This document shows, in pieces, positions 52,560 to 63,866 of a DNA stretch of 64,000 nucleotides (position 1 is its first letter; every line of letters starts with the position of its first letter). The notes beneath the pieces were generated by a model, which was not told the DNA's origin, made no database searches, and saw only the letters and a program-made list of their open reading frames with translations. The stretch spans positions 128,001 through 192,000 of the forward strand of contig CAVOGR010000005.1 of NCBI GenBank assembly GCA_963695555.1, read 5' to 3'. The DNA is from an uncultured Gemmatimonadales bacterium. GTDB lineage: Bacteria; Gemmatimonadota; Gemmatimonadetes; Gemmatimonadales; GWC2-71-9. The position numbers and the translations under genes were made by a program.

Positions 52560-53926
52560 CGAAGATCGTACGCATTGCGTCGGGGCAGGGCTTCTGGGGT
52601 GACTGGCTCGAGGCGCCGGTGCGCCAGGCCGAGGGCGGGCCTATCGATTACCTCATGATGGACTACCTAGCTGAAGTCACCATGTCCATCATGCAGAAAC
52701 AGAAATCGCGCGATCCCACTCGCGGCTATGCCCGCGACTTCGTGCCGCTCATGGAGCGTCTCCTGCCGGACATTGCGGCGGGTAAGTTCAAAGTGATCTC
52801 CAACGCCGGCGGTGTGAATCCGCGCGGCTGCGTCGAGGGCGTCTTGGAGGGCGCCGACCGGCTGGGCGTGCGTGGCAAAGTCCGCCTGGGCTTGGTAACG
52901 GGAGACGACATCCTGCCGAGGCTGGACGAGTTGCTGGCCAATGGCCATCCGCTCACCAACCTCGACACTGGAAGGCCGTTATCGGAGGTGCGCGACCAGG
53001 TCGTGTCGGCCAACGCCTACCTCGGAATGGAACCGATGGTTGAAGCGTTGGCGGGCGGCGCCGATGTCATCGTGACCGGCCGGGTGACCGACACCGGCCT
53101 CACCCTGGCGCCGATGTTCTTCGAGTTCGGCTGGGATCCCGACGACTGGGACAAGGTCGCCGCGGGCACCATTGCCGGGCACATCATCGAGTGCGGCGCC
53201 CAGTGCTCCGGCGGCAACCTGCTCAAAGATTGGCATACCGTGCCCGGCATGGCCGACCCGGGCTTCCCGATCGTCGAGGCTTCGCCAGACGGGACCTTCG
53301 TGGTGACCAAGCATAAGGGGACGGGTGGCATCGTATCGGTCGCCTCCGTGACGGAGCAGCTGCTCTACGAGATGGGCGATCCCCACACCTACATCACCCC
53401 CGACGGCATTGCCGACTTCACGACCATCCAGCTCGCGCAGGCCGGAAAGAACCGGGTGCACGTGTCGGGGATCACGGGCCGGCCCAAGACCGACAGTCTC
53501 AAGGTCTCGATCGCATACTTCTATGGCTACAAGGCCGTGGGGACGCTGGTGTATTCGTGGCCGGAAGCCCATGACAAGGCCAAGGCGGCCGACCGGATCC
53601 TGCGCCGCCGCCTCCAGGACCTCGGGCTCGAGTTCGAAGAGATCTTGACCGAGTACGTGGGTGTCGACGCGACGCACGGCCGGCTCGCCGGGCCGCCCGA
53701 TCCGGACATCGCCGAAGTGGAGCTCCGGATCGGCGTGCGTGCCCGCACCAGGGAGCCCGTGGAGCGCTTCACCCGCGAGATCGCCCCGCTGGTGCTCACC
53801 GGACCACCCAGCGTGACCGGGTTTGCTGGCGGGCGGCCCGCGGTGCAGGAACTCGTGGCGTACTGGCCGGCGCTCATCGACCGAAGCGTGATTGAGCCCC
53901 ATGTGAGGGTGGAGATTGTCGAATAG
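52556..53926 (+). CDS. AtuA-family protein (DUF1446, N-terminal part)
   Basis: [59 protein letters not shown]. Confidence 0.9.
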   Translation: MTKIVRIASGQGFWGDWLEAPVRQAEGGPIDYLMMDYLAEVTMSIMQKQKSRDPTRGYARDFVPLMERLLPDIAAGKFKVISNAGGVNPRGCVEGVLEGADRLGVRGKVRLGLVTGDDILPRLDELLANGHPLTNLDTGRPLSEVRDQVVSANAYLGMEPMVEALAGGADVIVTGRVTDTGLTLAPMFFEFGWDPDDWDKVAAGTIAGHIIECGAQCSGGNLLKDWHTVPGMADPGFPIVEASPDGTFVVTKHKGTGGIVSVASVTEQLLYEMGDPHTYITPDGIADFTTIQLAQAGKNRVHVSGITGRPKTDSLKVSIAYFYGYKAVGTLVYSWPEAHDKAKAADRILRRRLQDLGLEFEEILTEYVGVDATHGRLAGPPDPDIAEVELRIGVRARTREPVERFTREIAPLVLTGPPSVTGFAGGRPAVQELVAYWPALIDRSVIEPHVRVEIVE

Positions 53927-54026
53927 GATGTAGGGTGTAGTAGGTAGGGGGTGAGGGGTGAGGGGTGAGGAGTGAGGGAGGAGTGAGGAGTGAGGAGTAA
54001 GGAGTAAGGAGTAAGGAGTAAGGAGG
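53924..54026 (+). repeat. Degenerate tandem heptamer array (TAGGRTG > TGAGGGG > TGAGGAG > TAAGGAG)
   Basis: About 14 units starting at the atuA stop codon; four exact TAAGGAG copies at 53998-54025. Confidence 0.9.
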
Positions 54027-54182
54027 CGGAAGGACGGCTCGCAAGCGTCGCGCAGCGACGCCGTGCCAAGCAGCGGCTTCAGCCGCGATGGAGAAGCGGA
54101 AAGACGGGAAGACGGAAAGAGTGAGGAGTAAGGAGTGTCCGACTCCCTACACCTACTCCCTGAGATAGCCACTAGTCACCAG

Positions 54183-54220
54183 CTACTACCTACTACCTAC
54201 TACCTACTACCTACACCTAC
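54183..54220 (+). repeat. Tandem heptamer (CTACTAC)4 plus degenerate copies
   Basis: Exact repeats 54183-54210; reverse complement resembles 53930-53948. Confidence 0.9.
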
Positions 54221-54233
54221 GAACGTATCGTCA

Positions 54234-54629
54234 ATGGCGACTAAGAAACCATCTGCTAGCACTCTCGTTCAACTTCGCTACTTGGCCCATGCCCGCTCCG
54301 GCGACAAGGGCGATACCGCGAACATCGGTCTCATCGCGCTCGAGCCGAAGTTCTACCCGCTTCTGGTCAAAGAAGTTACCGTCGCACGGGTGAAGCGGCA
54401 CTTTAGGGGTATGGTGGGTGGCGTGGAGCGGTACGAACTTCCCAACCTCATGGCCTTGAATTTCCTGCTCCATGAGGCGCTCGACGGCGGTGGCACCCTC
54501 TCCCTCAAGACCGACGCCCAGGGCAAGGTCTTCTCGACCGCGCTTCTCCGCATGTCCATCCCCGTGTCGGCGAGCCTGGCGCGGCGTGTCGTGCCGGCCG
54601 CCGGCCGCTCTGCCCGGAAACACAGGTGA
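54234..54629 (+). CDS. Small AtuA C-terminal-domain-like protein
   Basis: LAHARSGDKGD, VERYELPNL, LNFLL, LDGGG, DAQGK. Confidence 0.88.
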   Translation: MATKKPSASTLVQLRYLAHARSGDKGDTANIGLIALEPKFYPLLVKEVTVARVKRHFRGMVGGVERYELPNLMALNFLLHEALDGGGTLSLKTDAQGKVFSTALLRMSIPVSASLARRVVPAAGRSARKHR

Positions 54630-54632
54630 CGC

Positions 54633-55394
54633 ATGCCATCTGATACCCTCCTTCAGCAGCTCGACAGTGGCGTGTATACCCTGACCCTGAACCGGCCGGA
54701 CAAGCGGAACGCCCTGAGCCGAGCCATGATCGATGCGCTGCACCAATCGGTGGAGCACGCCGATTTGAGCGCCGATGTCCGCGTGGTGGCGCTTCGAGGC
54801 GCCGGCAAGGACTTCTGCGCCGGACTCGACCTCAAGGAGCTGCTCGCGACCGCCGACCAGTCGCCCGACCGGAACGAAGAGGACGCGATGCATTTGGGCT
54901 CGCTCTTCATCAAGCTTCGGACTCTGCCAAAGCCGGTAATCGCGGTGACACACGGGCGCACCCTGGCTGGGGGCTGTGGGCTCGCGACAGCGTGCGATCT
55001 GGTACTCGCCTCAGAGAGCGGCACCTTCGGCTATCCGGAGATCCAGCGTGGGTTCGTGCCCGCCATGGTCATGACCATGCTCCGGCGCGCGGTCGGCGAA
55101 AAGCAGGCGTTCGACCTTGCCGCGACCGGGCGGCTGGTGAGCGCGGCGGAGGCGTACGCGATGGGCCTGGTTTCCCGGATGCTCCCCGACGAGGGGTATG
55201 AGGAGAAGACCGGCGCCATGCTCCGCACCATGGCCGCGAGCAGTGCGTCGGCCCTGGCGTTCACCAAACAGCAGCTCTACGCGCTGGACGGTCTCTCCTT
55301 TGCGGACGGGGTCGCCCTCGGCGCGAGGATCAACGCGCTTGCCCGGAACACACCGGACTTCCGCCGCGCGATCGAGGGATTCCTCAGGTCATGA
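54633..55394 (+). CDS. Enoyl-CoA hydratase/isomerase (methylglutaconyl-CoA hydratase-like)
   Basis: LNRPDKRNAL, FCAGLDL, KPVIA, AGGCGLATACD, FGYPE. Confidence 0.92.
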   Translation: MPSDTLLQQLDSGVYTLTLNRPDKRNALSRAMIDALHQSVEHADLSADVRVVALRGAGKDFCAGLDLKELLATADQSPDRNEEDAMHLGSLFIKLRTLPKPVIAVTHGRTLAGGCGLATACDLVLASESGTFGYPEIQRGFVPAMVMTMLRRAVGEKQAFDLAATGRLVSAAEAYAMGLVSRMLPDEGYEEKTGAMLRTMAASSASALAFTKQQLYALDGLSFADGVALGARINALARNTPDFRRAIEGFLRS

Positions 55395-55567
55395 CGCGGG
55401 CCAAGTACGGGCTCTCGATGGCGGGGATGGCGCTTGCCGTCGTGGGTGTTGCCACGGAAAACCGGTACGTGATTTGGGCCGCGATGGTCGTTCTCGGGCT
55501 CGCCGTCGTGGCCCGGATTGTCATGCGCCGTTGGCACGGCGCCGACGAGTCCGAGCCGGCCGACTAG
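55391..55567 (+). CDS. 58-aa two-TM small membrane protein (absent from the ORF track)
   Basis: ATG overlaps the hydratase TGA; MTRAKYGLSMAGMALAVVGVATENRYVIWAAMVVLGLAVVARIVMRRWHGADESEPAD*. Confidence 0.6.
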   Translation: MTRAKYGLSMAGMALAVVGVATENRYVIWAAMVVLGLAVVARIVMRRWHGADESEPAD

Positions 55568-55609
55568 CCGGCATCCCACCACTCAGCCGCTCACGAGGGA
55601 CTTGTCGCC

Positions 55610-56169
55610 GTGCAGCGTTGGCTCGCCGTCGCCAGAACCATCGACCGCCTGACCGACAAGATCGGCACGATGGTGTCGTGGCTGGTGGTGCTCATGGTGC
55701 TGATCGGCGCCTACAACGCCGTCGCCCGCTACCTCGGCCGGTTCCTCGGCGCCAATCTGAGCTCCAACCTCTACCTCGAACTCCAGTGGTACCTGTTCAG
55801 CGTGCTGTTCCTGCTTGGGGCGGCCTACGCCCTGAAACAGGACGCCCACGTCCGGGTCGATGTCCTGTTGAGCCGGCTCTCGGCCAAGTGGCGTGCGTGG
55901 ATCAACATCCTGGGCACGGTCCTGTTCCTCATCCCGTTTACGGCATTCGCCATCTACCTGACCTGGCCCGCCGTGCGGAATTCCTGGGCGGTGCACGAGG
56001 CATCGCCCGATCCCGGCGGCCTGCCGCGCTATCCATTCAAGGCAGTCATTCTGCTGGGCCTCGCCTTGCTGCTGCTCCAGGGGGTGGCCGAGCTGATCAA
56101 GGAGATTGCCACGCTGCGCGGAGCCATGGGAGAGGCACCGCACCGGCCTCCGACCCATGAGGGTGTGGC

Positions 56170-56173
<4 letters not shown>
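55610..56173 (+). CDS. TRAP transporter small permease (DctQ)
   Basis: Four TM helices; ELQWYLF, AYAL...[14 protein letters not shown]. Confidence 0.92.
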
Positions 56174-57488
<1,315 letters not shown>

Positions 57489-57491
<3 letters not shown>

Positions 57492-57547
57492 GGGAGTAGG
57501 GAGTAGGGAGTAGGACGGACGGAGTGAGGAGTGGGGGACGGGAGAAG
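57489..57547 (+). repeat. Degenerate heptamer array (TAGGGAG-type) starting at the dctM stop
   Basis: TAAGGGAG TAGGGAG TAGGGAG TAGGACG GACGGAG TGAGGAG TGGGGGA. Confidence 0.75.
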
Positions 57548-57644
57548 GCTCATGCGTCACGGCCCCCGTCGCTTTAGCGACAGCAGCCGAGTCGCGGCTT
57601 CAGCCGCGGACCCGCGGGGACGGCGGCCCACGAGACAATGTGAG

Positions 57645-57672
57645 GAGATCCCTCGCTGCGCTCGGGATGACA
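57645..57672. repeat. REP-like palindromic element GAGATCCCTCGCTGCGCTCGGGATGACA
   Basis: Imperfect palindrome ATCCC..GGGAT; resembles an interspersed repeat I recall from other bacteria; single copy here. Confidence 0.45.
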
Positions 57673-57822
57673 TTCCAGTCGAAAAGGCTGGAAGACGGGA
57701 CGAGAGGAAGAAACGGGACAGCATGAATGCCCGGTGACGTCGGCGGTTCGGCGGTTCGATCAAAGAGCCTTCGAGCCGCCGATTCGCCCATCCGCCGAGC
57801 AGTTAGCCGATAGCCAACGGCA

Positions 57823-58989
57823 CTACCCCTTCCCGCGACCCCCAAACGCGAACCCCGCATACGCCTGTTCCGCCGTCCCGAACCACTGGAATACCGCCTC
57901 ACGGAATTCCTTCCACTGGGTATACACCCGTCGATAGGTTGCGTCTTGTGCCGCGTGTTCCTCCATGATCTCGACCGCGATTCGCTGGGCGGCGGCCATG
58001 ATGTCGTCGGAGAACGGCCGTAGCTCGACCCCCTCCGCGATGAGGCGCCGCAATGCCGCCGGGTTCTCGGCGTCGTACCGTGCCTGCATGAACTGGGCGG
58101 CCACGACGGATGCGGCGCGGAACGCGTCCTTGTACTCCGACGGCAAGCGGTTCCAGGCATCTTTGTTGACCTGGAACGACAGGGACGGACCGGGCTCCCA
58201 CCAGCCAGGGTAGTAGTAGTACCGGGCCGCCTTGTGGAATCCCAATTTCTCGTCGTCGTACGGGCCCACCCACTCGGTCGCGTCGATGGCTCCGCGCTCG
58301 AGCGCGGGATAGATGTCGCCGCCGGCCAGCACCTGCACCGTAACACCCAGCCGGTCCATCACGGCGCCGCCCAACCCGGGGATCCTCATCTTGAGCCCGC
58401 GGAGGTCGCCCGAGGTGTGGATCTCCCGTTTGAACCACCCGCCCATCTGGGTGCCGGTGTTGCCGCCCGGAAACTGAATGATGTTGAAGTCGGCGTAGAC
58501 CGACTGCATCAGCTCGAGCCCGCCGCCCTGCTCGAGCCACGCCGTCTGCTGTCGGGAGGTGAAGCCGAACGGCACCCCGACGTCGAACGCGAGGGCAGGG
58601 CTCTTGCCCACGAAATAGTAGCTCGCGGTGTGTGACGCCTGGACGGTGCCCTGCTGCACCGCATCCATGACCTGGAGCCCCGGCACGATCTCGCCGGCCG
58701 GATGGACCCGGATGCGAAACCTTCCCTCGGTCAGGGTGTCGAGCGTCTCCGCCAGGACCTCGGCCGCGCCGTAGATCGCGTCGAGACCGCGCGGGAAGCT
58801 CGACGTCAGGCGCCAGTTGACCGTGGGGCGGGTCTGAACGGCGGGCCCGCCGCTCGATTCGGCTCCCGGCCCGCAGCCGGACAACACGGTTGCGGCGGCC
58901 GCACCGGCCACGGATTTGTGGAGGAAGTCGCGCCGATTGACCATGGGCGACTTGGGGTCGACGGGCGGGGGCCGAGTTGGTGGTCTCAT
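57823..58989 (-). CDS. TRAP substrate-binding protein, TakP-like, Tat-exported lipoprotein
   Basis: Tat motif NRRDFL, LSGC lipobox; WRLTSSFP, GNTGTQMGGWF, GLKMRIPG, DATEWVGPYDD, YYPGWWEPG; start at 58989 or 58944. Confidence 0.92.
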   Translation of the reverse strand: MRPPTRPPPVDPKSPMVNRRDFLHKSVAGAAAATVLSGCGPGAESSGGPAVQTRPTVNWRLTSSFPRGLDAIYGAAEVLAETLDTLTEGRFRIRVHPAGEIVPGLQVMDAVQQGTVQASHTASYYFVGKSPALAFDVGVPFGFTSRQQTAWLEQGGGLELMQSVYADFNIIQFPGGNTGTQMGGWFKREIHTSGDLRGLKMRIPGLGGAVMDRLGVTVQVLAGGDIYPALERGAIDATEWVGPYDDEKLGFHKAARYYYYPGWWEPGPSLSFQVNKDAWNRLPSEYKDAFRAASVVAAQFMQARYDAENPAALRRLIAEGVELRPFSDDIMAAAQRIAVEIMEEHAAQDATYRRVYTQWKEFREAVFQWFGTAEQAYAGFAFGGRGKG

Positions 58990-59282
58990 CTGTCGAATAT
59001 AGGGCGCACGTGGGTCGGTCTCCAGCAGTGGACGGGAGGACCGCTTCGGCGTTGCGCGCTGGCACGGGGGGTCGTCGCTGAGAGGGGAGAGGTCCCCAGC
59101 AACCTGGGTGCTCCTCTGGCCGGTCCGAGCCGACCGCCAATGCGTGCTGCTTTGATGCTGGAATCCCTACCAATAGATTAGGATATAAGCCTCCTGCTGC
59201 CGCCGGTTAGGAAACCGGGGTATTGTTGCCGGAGCGCTGCGCCGCTGAGGCGGCTGATCACGACCCCACGACGGATTCCAGC

Positions 59283-61139
59283 ATGACGGCACCACCCAAC
59301 GCTCCCGAACGTACCACCCAGGAAGAGATCGTCATCCGGTTCGCGGGAGACTCGGGCGACGGGATGCAGCTGACCGGCACCCAGTTCATGCTCGAGACAG
59401 CCCTGGTCGGCAACGATCTCATCACCTTTCCCGACTATCCGGCGGAAATCCGCGCGCCGGCCGGCACGACGTTCGGCGTTTCGGCGTTCCAAATTCATTT
59501 CGGGGCGCACGACGTGCGGACGGTGGGTGACGAGCTGAACGTGCTGGTAGCCATGAACCCCGCCGCCCTCATAGTGAATTTGAAAGACCTGGGCACTGGC
59601 GGCCTCGTCGTGGTGGACACAGCGGCGTTCACCGAGCGGAACCTGTCCAAGGCGGGCTATAAGGCCAACCCGCTCGAGGACGACACGCTCGCCCCCTACC
59701 AAGTGTTGAAGCTGGACATCGCGCGGCACACCGTCGAGGCGGTGAAGGAGTTCGGTGTCTCGTCGAAGGAGGGCCTGCGGTCCCGGAATATGTGGACCCT
59801 CGGGCTCATGCTTTGGATCTTCGGCCGCAACCGAAACGCCACCATTGAGTGGCTCCAGAAGAAATTCTCCAAGCGTCCCGAGATCGCCCGGGCCAACATC
59901 GCCGCCCTGAACGCGGGGCATGCCTTCGGCGAGACCGCCGAGATGCCCAGCTTCGTCCACGGGCGGATCGTGAACCGGGCCGACTTGGAGCCCGGACTCT
60001 ACCGCACCGTCACCGGGAACGAGGCGGTCGCCTGGGGGCTCGTGGTCGGCGCCCAATCGGCGGGGCTTCGGATCATGCTGGGCTCCTATCCGATCACGCC
60101 GGCCTCGCCGTTGCTGCACACGCTGGCCGGCCTGAAGCAGTACGGCGTGATTACCTTCCAGGCCGAAGACGAGATCGCCGCCATCTGTTCCGCTATTGGC
60201 GCCTCCTACGCCGGCGCACTCGGCGTGACGTCGAGTTCCGGCCCTGGCATCGCGCTCAAGACCGAAGCGCTCGGCTTGGCGGTCAGCGTCGAGCTGCCGC
60301 TCGTGGTAGTGAACTCGCAACGGGCCGGCCCCTCGACCGGAATGCCGACCAAGACCGAACAGTCGGATCTGTTTCAGGCCGTGTACGGCCGGAATGGCGA
60401 CGCGCCGATTCCGGTGATTGCCGCAGCCACGCCGACCGATGGGTTCGATGTTGCGGTCGAGGCCGTCCGGATCGCCACCAAGTACATGACCCCGGTCATT
60501 TTGCTTACCGACGGCTACCTGACCAACGCCGCCGAGCCGTGGCGCGTGCCGGACATCGACGCTGTACCCGAGTTTCCAGTCAACTTCCGAACCGAGTCTG
60601 AGGGCTTCCAACCATTCGCCCGTAACTCGGAGACGTTGGCGCGGGCATGGGCCATTCCCGGAACACCGGGGCTCGAGCATCGGATCGGCGGTCTCGAGAA
60701 GGACTACTCGACGGGACATATTTCCTATGATGCGGACAACCACCAGCGCATGACCGACGCGCGGGCGCAGCGTATCGCCGGCATCGCGGAGGACATCCCG
60801 CTGCAGCGGGTCGAGCAGGGCCCCGAACGCGGCAAACTCCTGGTGGTGGGGTGGGGCTCGACCTACGGGCCCATCTATCAAGCCGTCGCAGAGACGAGGG
60901 CCGCGGGATACGACGTCTCACAGATTCACCTCCGCTACCTCAATCCGTTCCCACGGAATCTCGGGGCCCTGTTGGGGCAATTCGAACGCATCCTGGTGCC
61001 CGAAATGAATGCGGGCCAGCTGGTGACCATGCTCCGCAGCAAGTTCCTGGTGCCGGCCGAGGGGCTCAACAAGGTGGAAGGCAAGCCGTTCAAGATCGCC
61101 GAAATCGCCGATGCCATCCGCGATCGGCTGGAGAATTGA
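59283..61139 (+). CDS. korA: 2-oxoacid:ferredoxin oxidoreductase alpha subunit
   Basis: FAGDSGDGMQ, YPAEIRAPAG, GSYPITPAS, QAEDEIAA, SSGPG, QRAGPSTGMPTK, GWGST. Confidence 0.93.
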   Translation: MTAPPNAPERTTQEEIVIRFAGDSGDGMQLTGTQFMLETALVGNDLITFPDYPAEIRAPAGTTFGVSAFQIHFGAHDVRTVGDELNVLVAMNPAALIVNLKDLGTGGLVVVDTAAFTERNLSKAGYKANPLEDDTLAPYQVLKLDIARHTVEAVKEFGVSSKEGLRSRNMWTLGLMLWIFGRNRNATIEWLQKKFSKRPEIARANIAALNAGHAFGETAEMPSFVHGRIVNRADLEPGLYRTVTGNEAVAWGLVVGAQSAGLRIMLGSYPITPASPLLHTLAGLKQYGVITFQAEDEIAAICSAIGASYAGALGVTSSSGPGIALKTEALGLAVSVELPLVVVNSQRAGPSTGMPTKTEQSDLFQAVYGRNGDAPIPVIAAATPTDGFDVAVEAVRIATKYMTPVILLTDGYLTNAAEPWRVPDIDAVPEFPVNFRTESEGFQPFARNSETLARAWAIPGTPGLEHRIGGLEKDYSTGHISYDADNHQRMTDARAQRIAGIAEDIPLQRVEQGPERGKLLVVGWGSTYGPIYQAVAETRAAGYDVSQIHLRYLNPFPRNLGALLGQFERILVPEMNAGQLVTMLRSKFLVPAEGLNKVEGKPFKIAEIADAIRDRLEN

Positions 61140-61140
61140 T

Positions 61141-62166
61141 ATGACCGCCACGACCACGCCCGTGCCGCTTCAGCCCAAGGACTTCGCGACCGACCAGGAG
61201 GTCCGGTGGTGTCCGGGCTGTGGGGACTACGCCATCCTCAAGGCGGTACAGAAGACGCTGGCGGAAATCGGGGCCAAGCCCGAGCAGTCGGTATTCGTTT
61301 CCGGGATCGGCTGTGCCGCTCGGTTCCCCTACTACATGTCGACCTATGGCTTCCACACGATTCATGGCCGAGCGCCGGCCATCGCGACCGGGGTCAAGCT
61401 GGCGAATCCGGAGCTCGATGTGTGGGTCATGACCGGCGACGGTGATGGGCTGAGCATCGGCGGCAATCACATGCTTCATGTGCTGCGCCGGAACGTCGAT
61501 CTGCAGATCATCTTGTTCAACAACGAGGTCTACGGTCTCACCAAGGGCCAGGCATCGCCCACGTCGCCCAAAGGCCAGCGAACGCCGTCAACGCCGCAGG
61601 GCTCGGTGGACAACCCGGTCCTGCCGGCCGCCTTCGCGCTGGGCGCAGGCGGACGCTTCGTCGCCCGGGCAATCGACACACGGCAGAAGGAGCTGGTGGA
61701 GGTCCTGAAGCGGGCGCACGCACACCACGGGGCGTCGTTTGTCGAGATCTTCCAGAATTGCATCGTGTTCAATGACGGAGCATTCGACGATTTCACCGAG
61801 AAGACGGTGGCCCTGGACACCCAGCTCTACGTGGAGCATGGTAAGCCTCTTCTGTTCGGGCCTGACAACGCCCAAGGCCTTCGGCTCATACCCGGCGCGC
61901 TCGAACTCGAGGTCGTGACCGTCGGTGAGAACGGCGTGACCGAATCCGACGTGCTGGTTCACGATGAGCACAACCGAGCTCTTGCGGCACTCCTCGCCGG
62001 CTTGGCACCGCCCGATTTCCCCATGGTGCTGGGCGTGCTCTATCACGATCCGGCGCCATCCTATGAGCGGGCTGTGCACGCGCAGGTGGCCGCGGTCCAG
62101 GCGCAGCACCAGAACGGCAACCTGAACGCTCTACTCCGGGCGGGACGGACCTGGACGGTCGAGTAG
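61141..62166 (+). CDS. korB: 2-oxoacid:ferredoxin oxidoreductase beta subunit
   Basis: WCPGCGD, SGIGC, IHGRA, TPP motif GDGD...NN, YGLTKGQ. Confidence 0.93.
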   Translation: MTATTTPVPLQPKDFATDQEVRWCPGCGDYAILKAVQKTLAEIGAKPEQSVFVSGIGCAARFPYYMSTYGFHTIHGRAPAIATGVKLANPELDVWVMTGDGDGLSIGGNHMLHVLRRNVDLQIILFNNEVYGLTKGQASPTSPKGQRTPSTPQGSVDNPVLPAAFALGAGGRFVARAIDTRQKELVEVLKRAHAHHGASFVEIFQNCIVFNDGAFDDFTEKTVALDTQLYVEHGKPLLFGPDNAQGLRLIPGALELEVVTVGENGVTESDVLVHDEHNRALAALLAGLAPPDFPMVLGVLYHDPAPSYERAVHAQVAAVQAQHQNGNLNALLRAGRTWTVE

Positions 62167-62264
62167 CCGTTCGACCGATGGAACGGCCCCGGTCGGCTGC
62201 GGCATCCTGAACTTTCCGATTCTGCTGTTCACCCTGGAGCCTCCACAGCGCTAGGTTTCCTGGC

Positions 62265-63245
62265 GTGTGGGGCTTCCTTGCAGTCGCTCTCCTCCTAGCA
62301 GTGGCCGGCGCGGTCTGGTACATGACCGCTATGCCGGGCCGGTCGCATCGCGGCTCCTTGCCGGACTTGACGGATGTCCAACGCGCGATGTCGCAGACGC
62401 TGGCTCGGCATGTGGGCATGCTGGCCAGGGACATCGGCGACCGGAACGTGTGGCGTCTAAGCCGACTGGCCCTCGCGGCCCGCCATATCGGCGACTCGGT
62501 GAGCGAACTGGGATACACGCCGCAGCGCCAGCGCTACGAGACGATGGGAATCCCGGTCGAGAACCTCGAGATCGAGATTCCCGGGACCTCGAAGCCCGGG
62601 GAAATCGTCGTGGTGGGTGCCCATTACGATTCGGTCCGCGGCTGCCCTGGTGCCAACGACAATGCGTCCGGGGTTGCCGCCCTGCTCGAGCTGGCCCGTG
62701 CGCTCAAAGACTTCCAGCCGGCCCGGACGCTCCGTTTCGTGGCGTTCGTGAACGAGGAGCCGCCGTTCTGCTTCACGCGGGAGATGGGGAGCGATCAATA
62801 CGCGGCCCGCTCCCAGGCCCGCGGCGAGCGGGTGGTTGCCATGCTCTCGCTCGAGACCATCGGGTACTACTCGGCGGCGAAGGGAAGCCAGCGCTACCCC
62901 ATGCCGTTCGATCTGTTCTACCCCTCAGCTGGCGATTTCATTGCCGTGGTCGGCAATCTGCGCTCGCGCGGGCTGGTGCGGCGCTCGGTCGGGACTTTTC
63001 GGCAGGCCGTGAGGTTCCCGTGCGAGGGAGTGGCTGCGCCAGGGTACCTGCCCGGTATCTTCTGGTCCGACCAGTGGGCCTTTTGGCGCCGTGGGTATCG
63101 GGCCGTGATGGTGACCGATACGGCACCGTTTCGGTATCCCTACTATCACACCGAGGAGGATACCGTGGAGAAGATCGACTACGACCGGCTGGCGCGGGTG
63201 GTGACTGGGCTCGAAGCCATCGTCCGAGACCTGGCAAGTGCCTGA
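62265..63245 (+). CDS. M28-family metallopeptidase
   Basis: N-terminal TM/signal; GAHYDS, GANDNASG, NEEPP, LETIG, SDQ, YHTEED. Confidence 0.9.
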   Translation: MWGFLAVALLLAVAGAVWYMTAMPGRSHRGSLPDLTDVQRAMSQTLARHVGMLARDIGDRNVWRLSRLALAARHIGDSVSELGYTPQRQRYETMGIPVENLEIEIPGTSKPGEIVVVGAHYDSVRGCPGANDNASGVAALLELARALKDFQPARTLRFVAFVNEEPPFCFTREMGSDQYAARSQARGERVVAMLSLETIGYYSAAKGSQRYPMPFDLFYPSAGDFIAVVGNLRSRGLVRRSVGTFRQAVRFPCEGVAAPGYLPGIFWSDQWAFWRRGYRAVMVTDTAPFRYPYYHTEEDTVEKIDYDRLARVVTGLEAIVRDLASA

Positions 63246-63837
63246 CGCCTCGCGGAGCGACGCGGCTCCGTGGCGCGGCCCGCTGGCCCAAGCCCGCCGC
63301 GCCCATGACCGGGCCGGGCTCGAAGACTACATCCAACTCGCGACCATCCGGGCGGACGGGACACCGGCCAACCGCACCGTCGTGTTTCGCGGCTTCTTGG
63401 AGCAGCCCGATCGGCTGCTCTGCTCAACCGATGCCCGAAGCGCCAAGGTAGCGGAGCTGCACCTGAACTCGGCTGTCGAGTTGTGCTGGTACTTCCCGCG
63501 GAGCCGGGAGCAGTTTCGCCTGCGCGGCACGACGAACCTGATCGAGGCCGGACATCCCGACGCCGAGCTGTTGGTGGCCCGGGACACCGTGTGGCTGGGC
63601 TTGGCGGGATCGACCCGGGTCCAGTTTGCCTGGCCCGAACCTGGAGCGGGTCGGGCCGATCCAGCCCAATTCGATATCCCGGCCCCGGCCAAAGCCTCCC
63701 CGCCGGCCGTGTTTTGCCTGATCGTGATAGAGCCGGAGCAGGTTGACTATCTCCAGCTCCGGCCCTTTCCGCACGAACGGCACGTCTATGTGAGAGATGG
63801 TGGCGGGACCTGGTCCACCTCCGCAGTCAATCCGTGA
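63238..63837 (+). CDS. Pyridoxamine 5'-phosphate oxidase-like FMN-binding protein
   Basis: IQLATI, PANRTVVFRGF, TDARSAK, ELCWYF, EQFRLRG, VDYLQL. Confidence 0.88.
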   Translation: MPDASRSDAAPWRGPLAQARRAHDRAGLEDYIQLATIRADGTPANRTVVFRGFLEQPDRLLCSTDARSAKVAELHLNSAVELCWYFPRSREQFRLRGTTNLIEAGHPDAELLVARDTVWLGLAGSTRVQFAWPEPGAGRADPAQFDIPAPAKASPPAVFCLIVIEPEQVDYLQLRPFPHERHVYVRDGGGTWSTSAVNP

Positions 63838-63866
63838 GCCGGCGAAGAGCCGCCGGCGGGGCGCCC

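Noticed and set aside
53924..54220. CRISPR array or telomere-like repeat
   Set aside because: Units are 7 nt, tandem and lack unique spacers; no cas genes; the position is internal and intergenic.
54135..54233. N-terminal extension SHQLLPTTYYLLPTPT on the small AtuA-like protein
   Set aside because: It is simply the translation of the CTACTAC repeat; ATG 54234 gives a normal-length protein.
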